The translations under genes and the position numbers were made by a program. This document shows, piece by piece, positions 50,963-61,044 of a DNA stretch of 64,000 bases. The notes beneath the pieces are model-generated. The model had not been told where the DNA came from. It made no database searches and saw nothing but the letters and a program-made list of their open reading frames with translations. Source of the stretch: a plasmid; the sequence record NZ_CP041047.1. One strand, written 5' to 3'. Numbering within the stretch: the stretch's first letter is position 1; each line of letters begins with the position of its first letter.

Positions 50963-52436
50963 AAATTATCACCACTGAAACATTTCGTTCAATACGACTT
51001 CGGTATTCCTCTAATAGCTCCATTAACGAAGTATTGATGTTTACTGATTTCTTCGTTCTGGTGATGGTTACGTACAGCAGATTTAACTCATCAATTATTA
51101 CTTCCCGGGGCTTCTTCATCACAACTGCTTCTATAATGGATGGAAAGTCGTCATTGATAATGACATGGTCAAATTCCTTTCCCTTCGATGTGTGGGCCGT
51201 GGTAACGAGTAGGTCAGCTTCCTTTTCTGATTTGGCTTCATTCATCCTCATGGTCTCAACCATTCCGGGGATATCGTCATACACTTCCATTAGCTTAATC
51301 GCCCGCACCATGTCCACGTCCTTAGTGGTTTCTGCGATCTCATAAAAATTTGCCCAGTTACCGTATTCCGTAGCGATACGGTTATTTTTAATAGCGGCAA
51401 TGTTGCCTGTTTTCAGCGCGTGTAAATCAAGGAGCTCATCGAGACGGTATTTGGATATACCTCCGTTCCACATCACCCGCTTACCCCACATAATCGCCTC
51501 GTAGGCAGATTGTATGACTCCCATGTAGGTACGGCTGATGATGGCGTAAAACTTTTGATCCAGTATCGCTGATGGTTCAACGATAGCATCAAGACTACCC
51601 AGGCCTACCAGGGGGAAAGTTTCTCCCTTCATCGACAGCACAACGTTGGCCAGGGCAGCAACTAGAGGCCCAAACCGGAAGGATTTAGTCAGGCGCATAA
51701 CCTGAGCCCCGTGGCCCTCAACTACCTCAAGAGCGTTTTCTGCGCCGCGCCACCGGTTAATCACCTGGTGCTGGTCGCCGACAAAGACTTTGCAGCAGTT
51801 GTTTCTCAGAACGATATCGATCGTTACCGGATTTGCATCCTGCGATTCGTCGAAGAGAATAACATTGTAGAACTGGTCAAGGGCTGGGTTCGATAACTGG
51901 AACAACTTGAGGATGGTATTCGGTGAGCAATAGGCATCGTTGAGCGGGTCAGATTGCATTTGCCATGTACGTTTTGCTGCACGTAGCGCTTGATCCAGCT
52001 TGCTTTGAGATATTTTATCGGCCTTACTTAAATCTTTAAGTACGTGTTCGGCGGTAATATCGTGTTCATCTGAATTCATAAAATGGGTAAGCCCGTTTAT
52101 TGCAAGCTTAACCACTCTCCAGTCCTCTTCATCCATCATAGTACGGTATTCGCTCACGGATATAAATTGTCTGTATTTATGAGCAAAGTGCTTGTAGCGA
52201 GCTGCGGCTAAACCATGAGATGTTTTACACTCGACGTTTTTGGGAAATTTCTTTTTTGCATCGTCCTTAATCGCTTTATTAAAGACGATATAGAGTATTT
52301 TGAGTGAAGGGTTTGCGTCTGCGAATTCTTTTAGTGTAAAGGTCTTACCAGATCCCGCGTATGCCTGTACTGAAACAATACTGCCAGGCGTGGGTTTGAA
52401 GCCTATGATCACGTTCTGTTCATCAGTTACCGGCAT
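50961..52436 (-). CDS. Superfamily-1 (UvrD/Rep-like) DNA helicase
   Basis: Motif I AYAGSGKT. Motif II DESQD. Motif VI VTTAHTSKGKEFDHV. Confidence 0.6.
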   Translation of the reverse strand: MPVTDEQNVIIGFKPTPGSIVSVQAYAGSGKTFTLKEFADANPSLKILYIVFNKAIKDDAKKKFPKNVECKTSHGLAAARYKHFAHKYRQFISVSEYRTMMDEEDWRVVKLAINGLTHFMNSDEHDITAEHVLKDLSKADKISQSKLDQALRAAKRTWQMQSDPLNDAYCSPNTILKLFQLSNPALDQFYNVILFDESQDANPVTIDIVLRNNCCKVFVGDQHQVINRWRGAENALEVVEGHGAQVMRLTKSFRFGPLVAALANVVLSMKGETFPLVGLGSLDAIVEPSAILDQKFYAIISRTYMGVIQSAYEAIMWGKRVMWNGGISKYRLDELLDLHALKTGNIAAIKNNRIATEYGNWANFYEIAETTKDVDMVRAIKLMEVYDDIPGMVETMRMNEAKSEKEADLLVTTAHTSKGKEFDHVIINDDFPSIIEAVVMKKPREVIIDELNLLYVTITRTKKSVNINTSLMELLEEYRSRIERNVSVVII

Positions 52437-52612
52437 CAGAATTACCTTTATGTTAGATTTCGTTTAATAGTACCTTTTAGCTCGCAGCGGATGATTTAAA
52501 AATGGGGTCGAATTGTACCCATTTCTTTGATTACAAATTTATCTGTTTATGGGTAATACAATAATATAGAGCCATCAAACTATTAATGCGGCCCCTCAAC
52601 AGGAGGTAACTT

Positions 52613-52900
52613 ATGTTTTATTTATCATCCTTTGTCTGGATGTCAATCTGGAGTCTGATTTCGATTTATGTTTATCGCAAAGATAAAAAAGCTGCGACTG
52701 CTGGTGAGTACCGCGTGGATGAATTGACGCTGGATGCGCTCATTGTGCTCGGAGGTTGGCCCGGTTGTTTCATCGCTCAACGGATGTTTAAACACAAAAC
52801 GCGCAGTGCTTACCAACGTCGGTTCCGGGTCATTGTAGCGGTCTGGATAGTTCTTTACATTGGATTATGGAATTTTCTATGGGCGGGAAATAAAATATAA
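52613..52900 (+). CDS. Small membrane protein (3 TM)
   Basis: ORF with a good RBS (AGGAGG). Confidence 0.35.
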   Translation: MFYLSSFVWMSIWSLISIYVYRKDKKAATAGEYRVDELTLDALIVLGGWPGCFIAQRMFKHKTRSAYQRRFRVIVAVWIVLYIGLWNFLWAGNKI

Positions 52901-52948
52901 AGATGTAAAAAAACCGGCCTGAGCCGGTTTTTTTTACATCCATGTCGA

Positions 52949-53284
52949 CTACATGAATGTCGGTAACGTGGTTTGCACCGCATGGGATGCGGCCATCATG
53001 CCATTGATAATGTCCGGGGAGTAGTACAGGGAGATCGCACCACCAACAGCAACCGCCAGTGACATCAGACTCTGACGTACAACGGCAGCTGCGAGACCCA
53101 CCAGAACGATAAGACCGATCAGTACCTTACCCAGAGAACCCTGCATGTAATCAGAGATTTTGATCCATACATCGTCAAAACCTTCCTGGGTCGAACCAGA
53201 TGCGTGAGCGGTAACAATGGCCAGAATCAGAATGCCGGTGATCACCAGCGGGGTTTTAAACTTCTCGAATTTGATAGCGTTCAT
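52949..53284 (-). CDS. traA: F-type pilin precursor TraA/TrhA
   Basis: 111 aa. Leader followed by two hydrophobic segments. Monocistronic, with its own terminator. Confidence 0.55.
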   Translation of the reverse strand: MNAIKFEKFKTPLVITGILILAIVTAHASGSTQEGFDDVWIKISDYMQGSLGKVLIGLIVLVGLAAAVVRQSLMSLAVAVGGAISLYYSPDIINGMMAASHAVQTTLPTFM

Positions 53285-53482
53285 TTAAACATCCTTAATA
53301 ACGAGTTTTAATAATTTCGATCTTTGGATGTTCTCCAGCTATTTAACGGGTTTGAGCTGAGAACCGTTTTAATATAAATATTATTTGGTTTAATTTCCTG
53401 AATAAAGCGAGGCGTTATACATTAGCAATGTGAGATATAAGGTGACATTTATCCGTGTCTGTCAAAATACCTGTAATTCTTA

Positions 53483-54115
53483 ATGAAAACTTCTTTTAGA
53501 GTAAGAATACCAACTTTTCGAGTGTCCCATTTAAACGAGGTTGATATGTTGAAATCAGAGGTATTGTTTGGTTCACTGACATCATTGGCATTATTGTTTT
53601 TCTTAAATACAGCTCAAGCTGATAGCCCAACAGAGGTGATGCTACCATCTGAAGGTGTGAGAGTCGTTGTCGGATTTTCGCCTGAAGGGTCTGCACAGAA
53701 AGCCATACTGGATCTGATCAATTCAGCTCAGCAGGAAATCCGTATGGGGGCATACTCATTTACGTCACCCGTAATTGCGAAAGCATTAGTTAATGCCCAC
53801 CGAAGGGGTGTAGATGTCAGGATCGTAGTCGACAAAGAACAAAATAAAAACCGATATGCCGTTTCCACTATGAATGCCGTGGCTAACGCGGGTATCCCGT
53901 TACGGACGAATGATCAATTTCTTCTGCACCATGATAAGTATTTGTGCATCGACCGGGTATCTGTTGAGACCGGGAGTTTTAATTATTCCAGTTCAGCTAT
54001 GAAAAATAGTGAAAATAGCATCGTTCTCTATAATGTCCCGGATGTCACAGCGCAGTATCTGGCCCACTGGGAATCGCGTTGGGCTGGTGGGGAGGATTAC
54101 AAACCTAATTATTGA
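53483..54115 (+). CDS. nuc: PLD-family (HKD) periplasmic endonuclease, Nuc-like
   Basis: HHDKYLCID...GSFN HxK(x)4D motif. Signal peptide. Confidence 0.65.
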   Translation: MKTSFRVRIPTFRVSHLNEVDMLKSEVLFGSLTSLALLFFLNTAQADSPTEVMLPSEGVRVVVGFSPEGSAQKAILDLINSAQQEIRMGAYSFTSPVIAKALVNAHRRGVDVRIVVDKEQNKNRYAVSTMNAVANAGIPLRTNDQFLLHHDKYLCIDRVSVETGSFNYSSSAMKNSENSIVLYNVPDVTAQYLAHWESRWAGGEDYKPNY

Positions 54116-54150
54116 ATTACTTTCAGGGTTCAGGGTGAACCCTGTTTTTC

Positions 54151-54873
54151 TCATTTCAGAAATACGTGAAGTTCGTCCATATCAAGGTCGTTATAAAATG
54201 AACGCCATCCTTTACGGGCTAAATTCGGATGCAGCAGTTTTATGTTGCTTAATGGCATCATGCTGCTTAGCCCCATTTTAATAAAGTATTCATACACCTG
54301 GCGGCTGTACCGGTCAAAATCGGTAAGCGGTCTTGACAGAAGGTATGCTGCTTCGGACATAGTCAATCCCTGTATATGCAACCTGTACCCCAGCAGGCGG
54401 CTGCATGTATCGCGCATAACACCGCGTGTGAGAGGGAATAACTCATCACTTACAAGATGCTCAGGTAAGTGAGTTCTGGGGCACTGAACGGGATTTATAC
54501 CCCGGATATAGCACTCATCATTCTCAAGGATACAAAACTGGGGTTCCGGGCCGGATAATGGCTTACCAAGAAAGCCACAAGGATCGAGCACTCCACCTCC
54601 GTTAAGTGCTATCCAGCCATACTGCGTTTCAGTTATCTGGTATATCCCACGATCTCCTGGATTGATGCGTTCTTTGACCATTTTTCGACGTGTCCCTATA
54701 GTGGCCGTTCCTGCAATCACGCCCTGGTCTACCAGGGCTCGGCATACGATGTAGGATTTCGACTCTGACCATTCATTCCAGGGAAAACCAATTTGGTAAC
54801 TGGTGGAAACCAGCCTTAAGCCGTCGATGCATGAATCTGTCATGTAACTCCTCCCGAAAAAAAAGCGCACCAA
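54151..54873 (-). CDS. Hypothetical protein (240 aa)
   Basis: Last gene of the nine-gene minus-strand operon. Confidence 0.3.
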   Translation of the reverse strand: MVRFFFGRSYMTDSCIDGLRLVSTSYQIGFPWNEWSESKSYIVCRALVDQGVIAGTATIGTRRKMVKERINPGDRGIYQITETQYGWIALNGGGVLDPCGFLGKPLSGPEPQFCILENDECYIRGINPVQCPRTHLPEHLVSDELFPLTRGVMRDTCSRLLGYRLHIQGLTMSEAAYLLSRPLTDFDRYSRQVYEYFIKMGLSSMMPLSNIKLLHPNLARKGWRSFYNDLDMDELHVFLK

Positions 54874-54901
54874 AGATGCGCTCGTAATTTCAAATCAACA
54901 G

Positions 54902-56230
54902 TCAGGCTTTGGATTTTTTGGCCAGCTTGTCCGTTTGTTTAGAAAGTTCCTTTTTCGTGAATTTGAGGGAATCGGTTCGTTTATCAGGATCACCGACTGC
55001 CTGAAGAATCAATGAGTAGGAGTTATCGCCATTGAGTACAAAGAGGTCGGTTGCCTGCGACCAAGCCCCCTTATTCTCTGACCGCTGTACCCGCAGAATA
55101 TTTCCTGGGAGGAGTGAGACTGACCAACCTTTTGTATCAGAAAGGTACACGTTGACCTTACCTTTCGATGGCAACAGGAATACTTTTGAGGAAAAGGTAG
55201 AATAAACGAATACCGTGTTTTGTCCCTGCGAGTTGTATTCAACCGATTTAAAGTGACCACTATAGTCCAGGTCAGCACCAGTAAGGGTATTCTTCTCCTG
55301 AACTACAAATTGTTGGGCTGTATAGCCTTCTGATGCAGCTTTATATTCAGACGTAGCCGCAGTGTTAGCGGGTTCTGTATAACCGAACTCAGCGGGGTCA
55401 ATTTGATGGCCAGAAGTATCTTTGGCGGTGTTTTCAACGCCTACAACTTGTCGTTGAGAAGGCGATGGAGGTGTTAGAACCGGGTTAATCTGCGCCACAG
55501 CGTGTTGATTTGGTTCTGCCGGAGTAGGAGCAGGAACTGGTGTTTCACTAGTGGCCCCAGAAAGTGCTTTTTTTGCAATTTCCTGGGCAGGAGTTATCTC
55601 AACAGTTCCAGGTTGTTCTGCGTTTTGTGAAACTTCACTACCGTCAGTAAATCCAGGTTCAGCCTTAATTGAGTCAATCAATGACTGCGTAGCAGGGGCC
55701 GACTTGGATACAACTGGTGAATTTGCATCCGGGTTAGCTGGTGGTGTGGTTGTGGCCATTTTTAGCATCTGATCGCCAAGGTTATCAGACGATGCAGGTG
55801 AAACACCGGCGCTATCTTGCTTTGTGACAGCAGGTTCACTTTTGTCTTCATCAGGAGTGACTGATGCTGGTTCCTGTTCATTATTTGCGACAGGAAGTGT
55901 CAGTGTTGGCTGAGGCCCAGTATCACCGGTATCAAGGTCATCGTCATCCGCATCGATAGCATGTTGTTTTGCAATATCCGGGTTAACGCTAATCCCGCTC
56001 TTTGCAACTTCGACGATAGATAGGTTCGGTTCTTTGTCTGGCTTACCATGCATTGAAATAAATGCGCCTAACGTGCCTGCCGCAAAGAGACCGGCAACCA
56101 GGATACACAAGGTTTTTTTAGAAATTCGCATCTTAACGCTGGGATTTTCATCTCCAGCATTCTGCGCTGCGCGTTCACGTAATTTCTCCTGGCCGTATTC
56201 AGCACTTGTGCCACGTTTTTCACTCGTCAT
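54902..56230 (-). CDS. Membrane-anchored protein. Cytoplasmic N-terminus, TM, long acidic Pro-rich linker, beta-rich C-terminal domain (TonB/VirB10-like architecture).
   Basis: Architecture read from the sequence. No motif-level assignment. Confidence 0.35.
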   Translation of the reverse strand: MTSEKRGTSAEYGQEKLRERAAQNAGDENPSVKMRISKKTLCILVAGLFAAGTLGAFISMHGKPDKEPNLSIVEVAKSGISVNPDIAKQHAIDADDDDLDTGDTGPQPTLTLPVANNEQEPASVTPDEDKSEPAVTKQDSAGVSPASSDNLGDQMLKMATTTPPANPDANSPVVSKSAPATQSLIDSIKAEPGFTDGSEVSQNAEQPGTVEITPAQEIAKKALSGATSETPVPAPTPAEPNQHAVAQINPVLTPPSPSQRQVVGVENTAKDTSGHQIDPAEFGYTEPANTAATSEYKAASEGYTAQQFVVQEKNTLTGADLDYSGHFKSVEYNSQGQNTVFVYSTFSSKVFLLPSKGKVNVYLSDTKGWSVSLLPGNILRVQRSENKGAWSQATDLFVLNGDNSYSLILQAVGDPDKRTDSLKFTKKELSKQTDKLAKKSKA

Positions 56231-56462
56231 TGAAAACCTCGTTGATCACTATTCGTTCTGGCCGAAGCCCCAACTCACGGTGTATATGAAAGTGAGCATG
56301 ATATGGAAAGCCCCATAATCGCGTGAGACGGTTGCCCCGGAAATGATTAGGAAAATATGCTCTCGCGATAATAAACGGATTATATCTTGAGGGAGGAAGC
56401 TCTCGAAATTTTGCGGCCAGAAAACGACCGCAAAATGAGATGGTTTTCTTGAAGATTGATTT

Positions 56463-57557
56463 CTAGTAGTTACGGGTTCCCTTGCAAATGGGATAAACCG
56501 AACAACCATAGAAATAAGTACCGTTCGACATTCTTCTAACCATTTTGCTATGGCAGCGGGGACAGTTAGGTATGGCATTCGGATCGTTTATTTCATTCTC
56601 ACCAGGAACAACATTAATTATCTCAGGGGGAGGGGTGGGGATGTCTTTATCTTTGATGATTTTCAGAAGTCTGGAACCATCGATAAGTGATAATGTTCCT
56701 TTAACGTTTGCGCTGAGAGCGAATGTCCATGCATCCTGAGTGAAGAACCCGGAGGTTATGATATAGCCCCGCTCATATGCATCGGCTTGCACCACACCAT
56801 AAATTTCACGGACTACTGATACACCAACCTTGCTGGTTTTCCACAGTTTGCACTGTACCATTTCGCGGTGGCCACCTTTATGCAGCAGAATGTCGACTCC
56901 GCCGTCAGCTCCTGTATTGGTCAGAGTGGCCTTGTAGCCGTTGAGCTCGAAATGCAGTCTTATAATCTTTTCAAATTGCTCCCACGACATATTCGAGAGG
57001 ATATTTTGAGCATCATTTGCATCCTGAATAGAAGAGTAAATTCGCCGTACTTCAGCAAGTTGAACAGTTTTAAGCAATGTTCCTACAAACATCATTATCG
57101 CAAAGGTTAAAGATGTGCCACGAAGGATGTCGGGGAGTATATTGCTTACACCCACAGCAAAGCGAGTCATTACGAGGGCAAGGTTATCAGTGCTGCTTGC
57201 AATAAACTGGTAATACAAATCGCCTGGTATGTACACATAATTAGTCAGAGAAAGAATATATAACAAGCATGAGATCGGGAATCCGATATACCATCGGAAT
57301 AAATAGGTTTTCTGGCTAGCTCCACTGTTTCTCCATGACTGGATATTAAAAATCACGCCGGAGACTTCCCTACCTGTACGGGTCAGGGTCATCTGGAGAG
57401 ATAATTGCGTAATAAAGAGGCCCGCAATGACTAACGGGCCATCATGGAGAAAGTATAAGACTAATGACGTTACAAGAAAAAAGCACCACTGGAATTTGGC
57501 ACTTCGGGACATTCCTTTTGCTGCCAATTTTCTGAAAACCATATGGTCACCATTCAT
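56463..57557 (-). CDS. Membrane-anchored (about 5 TM) Mrr-cat/restriction-endonuclease-fold nuclease domain plus a C-terminal topoisomerase-type C4 zinc ribbon
   Basis: GADGGVDILL...QCKLW (Mrr_cat D-(D/E)xK) followed by CPRC...C..C. Polytopic N-terminus. Confidence 0.5.
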   Translation of the reverse strand: MNGDHMVFRKLAAKGMSRSAKFQWCFFLVTSLVLYFLHDGPLVIAGLFITQLSLQMTLTRTGREVSGVIFNIQSWRNSGASQKTYLFRWYIGFPISCLLYILSLTNYVYIPGDLYYQFIASSTDNLALVMTRFAVGVSNILPDILRGTSLTFAIMMFVGTLLKTVQLAEVRRIYSSIQDANDAQNILSNMSWEQFEKIIRLHFELNGYKATLTNTGADGGVDILLHKGGHREMVQCKLWKTSKVGVSVVREIYGVVQADAYERGYIITSGFFTQDAWTFALSANVKGTLSLIDGSRLLKIIKDKDIPTPPPEIINVVPGENEINDPNAIPNCPRCHSKMVRRMSNGTYFYGCSVYPICKGTRNY

Positions 57558-57937
57558 TCAGAATTAATTCTAAGGAAGGTGCGCCTCAGTATCCCATTAC
57601 AGTTATCAATGATTACATCGTATGCCATGACTGATAAACAGATCAGGGCAAATGTATAAACGATGATTTCTTCAACATATGGATAATCAGGGTATATCGC
57701 ACCTAAATAGATTGCTGACAGTACAAGATACCCACTCCACAATCGGAACAAACGTGGTCTTACTAACAACCATGTGAGTAACGCCAGAACCACTAAGTTC
57801 GCAATGCCAATGGCGTTGATCGTCTTTATGGAAGTGATTGGTACAAAGTACAGGACGCAATAAACACTACATATCAGAATCACAATGGCGTAAATCAGAA
57901 CACGCTGGAGTAGAGAGTTCATGGTTTCCTCATACAC
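57554..57937 (-). CDS. Small polytopic membrane protein, translationally coupled upstream partner of the Mrr-cat protein
   Basis: 4-nt overlap. 3-4 TM. Confidence 0.35.
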   Translation of the reverse strand: MYEETMNSLLQRVLIYAIVILICSVYCVLYFVPITSIKTINAIGIANLVVLALLTWLLVRPRLFRLWSGYLVLSAIYLGAIYPDYPYVEEIIVYTFALICLSVMAYDVIIDNCNGILRRTFLRINSE

Positions 57938-58001
57938 GTTAATGGCCTTTATAACAGGATACCACCGTGTTGTGATTGACGAAGCAAAACAGTGTAATTA
58001 G

Positions 58002-58310
58002 TTAATCTTTCTCATCTCCCTCACAAGCAATTTGGCTCGGCATCCAGTAAGGATGATTTGAAGTCTTGACGTAACTGAACACCATTCTGCATGGAACGCT
58101 CGTTAAGTTCGCAACTATCATGCTTCTGTCACTGTTTTCAAGGAATTCAGCCCCAGAAAGCTCATTTTCATTCCATAGACCAGCATTCGAAAGGGTTACC
58201 ATCGCATCTGGTAGGGGATTTATGTCCTTAGTTGACGGAGCTGGTAATGTATCCCGACTACCACAACCCAGGGTAAGGAAGCATAAAAGAACAATCGTTA
58301 TAGATTTCAT
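58002..58310 (-). CDS. Small lipoprotein
   Basis: Lipobox LTLGC. Confidence 0.35.
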   Translation of the reverse strand: MKSITIVLLCFLTLGCGSRDTLPAPSTKDINPLPDAMVTLSNAGLWNENELSGAEFLENSDRSMIVANLTSVPCRMVFSYVKTSNHPYWMPSQIACEGDEKD

Positions 58311-58942
58311 CCTCTCTTCCTCATTTTGGTGTTGTGCGTATTAAAGAGGTCGATGGCTTCAGTTCCCGTGATAGGTAACCAGTAAGGGGGAATGGCCGGA
58401 GTCTCATAAAATGGAATTCTCCCGCAGCCTACAACGGGTAAGGAACAAACAAAAAGAATTTCGTCGAGCTGGTTTTCAAGTGCCCACAACTGGCTGTACC
58501 CAACTAATCCATTTAATTTTGCTTCATGGTGAATATTCAGAATCAAAAATACTGCTTTCGCAAAACCGAATGGTGGGTTACCAAAGCGGATGGGATCAAT
58601 ACCCAGCGATGTCAATGCAGCTTTCGATATACCATTAAACTTATTGAATAGCGCAGAGCCATGCTCATGGTCTGTTCTTAGGGCAAACGGAATAGTATTG
58701 TCGGGGCTAATTAAGCATTGCTCTTTGAATTGACGGAAACCAGACACCCGCTGGATATGACATTCGACTGAACGTAGAAACAAATCTGGCACACAAAAAT
58801 CATGAGCAGTAAAACCTTCGAATCCCTCATCGTTACAGAGCTGGTTTGTTAACCTGAACCACAATTGGTAGGCAGACAGCACCTCCTCGTAAGTGTTTCT
58901 GACCTTCATATCATCGGTTCTGTAAAAGGTTTCGATCATCAT
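58307..58942 (-). CDS. Hypothetical protein carrying an FGNPPFG motif (motif-IV-like of N6-adenine methyltransferases; no motif I seen)
   Basis: Motif read. Insufficient for assignment. Confidence 0.3.
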   Translation of the reverse strand: MMIETFYRTDDMKVRNTYEEVLSAYQLWFRLTNQLCNDEGFEGFTAHDFCVPDLFLRSVECHIQRVSGFRQFKEQCLISPDNTIPFALRTDHEHGSALFNKFNGISKAALTSLGIDPIRFGNPPFGFAKAVFLILNIHHEAKLNGLVGYSQLWALENQLDEILFVCSLPVVGCGRIPFYETPAIPPYWLPITGTEAIDLFNTHNTKMRKRG

Positions 58943-58948
58943 GACTGA

Positions 58949-59692
58949 TTACCTTTGATGCGGCTGCTGTCGTTGTTTAATAGAACGGTCTCCTGAATCG
59001 CCACGCGCCAGAAAGCCTAAATTGACTATCTTGAAATTCACTCTCCCTACGAGACTATCGTGATGGATGAGACCTCTGAGGTTTTTGGGTGTACCAGGGG
59101 GATTGTCCCAGTAACGGGAATCAAGCGAGTGGTCTCGGTTGTCACCGACCATAAAGTAATATCCTTCGGGAATAATCCATTTTTTACCCGTTTGTACATA
59201 GCCGATACGGTTATCGGTCTCGAAGATATAACTTTGACCGGCAGTGTCGGTCTCTGCCTGGTATTGAGTTGTAAAACCATCTTTTTTAATCAGGCTACCG
59301 TTTTGTTTACCGTTTATCGAGAAGACTTTATCTTCGTTGTATGTGACGGTATCGCCAGGAATACCCAATACGCGTTTGACGTAGTAAACCCCAGGAACGG
59401 ATGGAGCGTTAAAAACGAGTACGTCCCCACGCTGAACAGCGCGATGATCGAATAAACCTCCTACACGCTGAGCAATAACCAAATCTCCAGGTTTTATAGT
59501 TGGTGACATAGATTCTGTCGGGATCAGGAATACTCCGCCCAGAAACTGAAAGGACAGAATAACTGCCAGCGATAAGGAGGAGGAAACTATCAACCAATGC
59601 TTTGGACGACGAGACCTTAACAGCTGGTAAGCGAGATAAAGCACAGAGATGATAAAAACAAAAATTAACGGTTTCATGGTGTCATATACCAC
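58949..59692 (-). CDS. LepB-like S26 signal peptidase I (second S26 paralog in the window)
   Basis: GDNRDHSLDSRYW box. N-terminal TM. Confidence 0.65.
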   Translation of the reverse strand: MVYDTMKPLIFVFIISVLYLAYQLLRSRRPKHWLIVSSSLSLAVILSFQFLGGVFLIPTESMSPTIKPGDLVIAQRVGGLFDHRAVQRGDVLVFNAPSVPGVYYVKRVLGIPGDTVTYNEDKVFSINGKQNGSLIKKDGFTTQYQAETDTAGQSYIFETDNRIGYVQTGKKWIIPEGYYFMVGDNRDHSLDSRYWDNPPGTPKNLRGLIHHDSLVGRVNFKIVNLGFLARGDSGDRSIKQRQQPHQR

Positions 59693-60110
59693 GCTGAATT
59701 ACTTTTGCGTATTTGGAGAGTGATTTAGCCAAAGACAGGTACACATAACAGGTGAAAAGGTAAACAAAATGGATGCTGGTGGTTTTTCTGGCTAAAGTGA
59801 AAAATTGGTTCGCCTGGCCACCGGCTAATGAGTACTGGAGCTGAACTGTAGGTTTTTCTGTAGAGACATTAAAACTTCTAGCTTTAATGTAAATTAACGG
59901 CTTGAAAAATGTTTTATAACCCACACGTGCATCTATTGTGCATATGATAATGGCTACCGCTAAAGGCACATAGAATGGAATGATTGCGTGGAACCAGCTC
60001 CATAATGACCAAACCAGAACTGAATCCTGTAACAGTCTGGCAATAGAGCTGGCCTGCGTTCTGCCCGCAACCACCATAATGGGTATAAATTTAACCATGC
60101 AATCCACCAT
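59682..60110 (-). CDS. Membrane protein, first gene of the operon
   Basis: ORF with TM helices. Confidence 0.3.
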   Translation of the reverse strand: MVDCMVKFIPIMVVAGRTQASSIARLLQDSVLVWSLWSWFHAIIPFYVPLAVAIIICTIDARVGYKTFFKPLIYIKARSFNVSTEKPTVQLQYSLAGGQANQFFTLARKTTSIHFVYLFTCYVYLSLAKSLSKYAKVIQRGI

Positions 60111-60387
60111 AGCTATGTTTGATTACTCCATCTTATAGACAGACAAATTTTCTCCGACTTTTTTTGAAAGCAAAACGACCCCGAAAAACAGACGCAAAGT
60201 GGTCAGTAATTTCGTGAGTTGAAAAGAACATGGTAGATTTTTTCTATCGAAATTTGCGGAGAATGGAAATGAGCAGTGATGCCATTAAGATGGTAGAAGC
60301 CTTTGTCAAAGACCCATTGAGCTACGATAGATTCGGGCCAGGCTTATTTCAAATCAGAAATGTGTCCTCAACATCAATGGGCATGAA

Positions 60388-61038
60388 ATGTCTATCGATG
60401 AAGCAGTTAAGATGAGTGATATTGAAAAGGGGCTCTTAGGTGAAATTTACGAGCTTATCGACGCAATGACCAAAGCGGAAGCCAATTTCTCACCGGGAAA
60501 AAAGAATCTTTTTCGTCGGGTGTTCGATTATTTAACCGGTTCGGAAATTTTGCGGAAAGTCCAGTTAGATATTTATAGCAAAGTAGTCATGAAACTATGT
60601 GAACGCATACCAGATCATTTCAAAATGCTAACCTCTCATGCTGAGATCACAAAAGATCTGGAGGCAATCTATGCGCAAGATATTCATCAACTGGAGATTT
60701 TCATAGATGCTGTCGAGTCATATCTGAAAGATAAGAACGAGTGTGACTACAATGTCACAAGCAATGAGTATATGGCAATTAACAGGCTACGGATCAGAAT
60801 TAACAACTTTCAGGGTGTACTGGTTGGTTTAAAACTAAGCCGGGTACAAGCGCAAATGAGCTATGAAACAGCTATCGATGTTAAAGATAGCCTAAGAGAT
60901 ATTAATGATAATTTGTTGCCTATGTGGGAGGGGCAGGTGAAGAGCATTAGTGCCAATGGTGTGTGTAATGGCATTGATGAAGTGGCACATGAAAAATTCA
61001 AGAAACTTGTCAACAAATTAAATAAGAACATAAGGTGA
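60388..61038 (+). CDS. Hypothetical helical protein, possibly KlaA-like
   Basis: Position upstream of the TelA-like candidate. Speculative. Confidence 0.25.
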   Translation: MSIDEAVKMSDIEKGLLGEIYELIDAMTKAEANFSPGKKNLFRRVFDYLTGSEILRKVQLDIYSKVVMKLCERIPDHFKMLTSHAEITKDLEAIYAQDIHQLEIFIDAVESYLKDKNECDYNVTSNEYMAINRLRIRINNFQGVLVGLKLSRVQAQMSYETAIDVKDSLRDINDNLLPMWEGQVKSISANGVCNGIDEVAHEKFKKLVNKLNKNIR

Positions 61039-61044
61039 GATAAA

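Noticed and set aside
56249-56578. 109-aa ORF overlapping the end of the Mrr-cat gene
   Set aside because: It overlaps a better-supported gene and otherwise lies in the 232-bp intergenic gap. There is no RBS.
58307-58942. Calling the NPPF-motif protein a DNA adenine methyltransferase
   Set aside because: Only motif IV is visible and no SAM-binding motif I was seen. It is kept as hypothetical.
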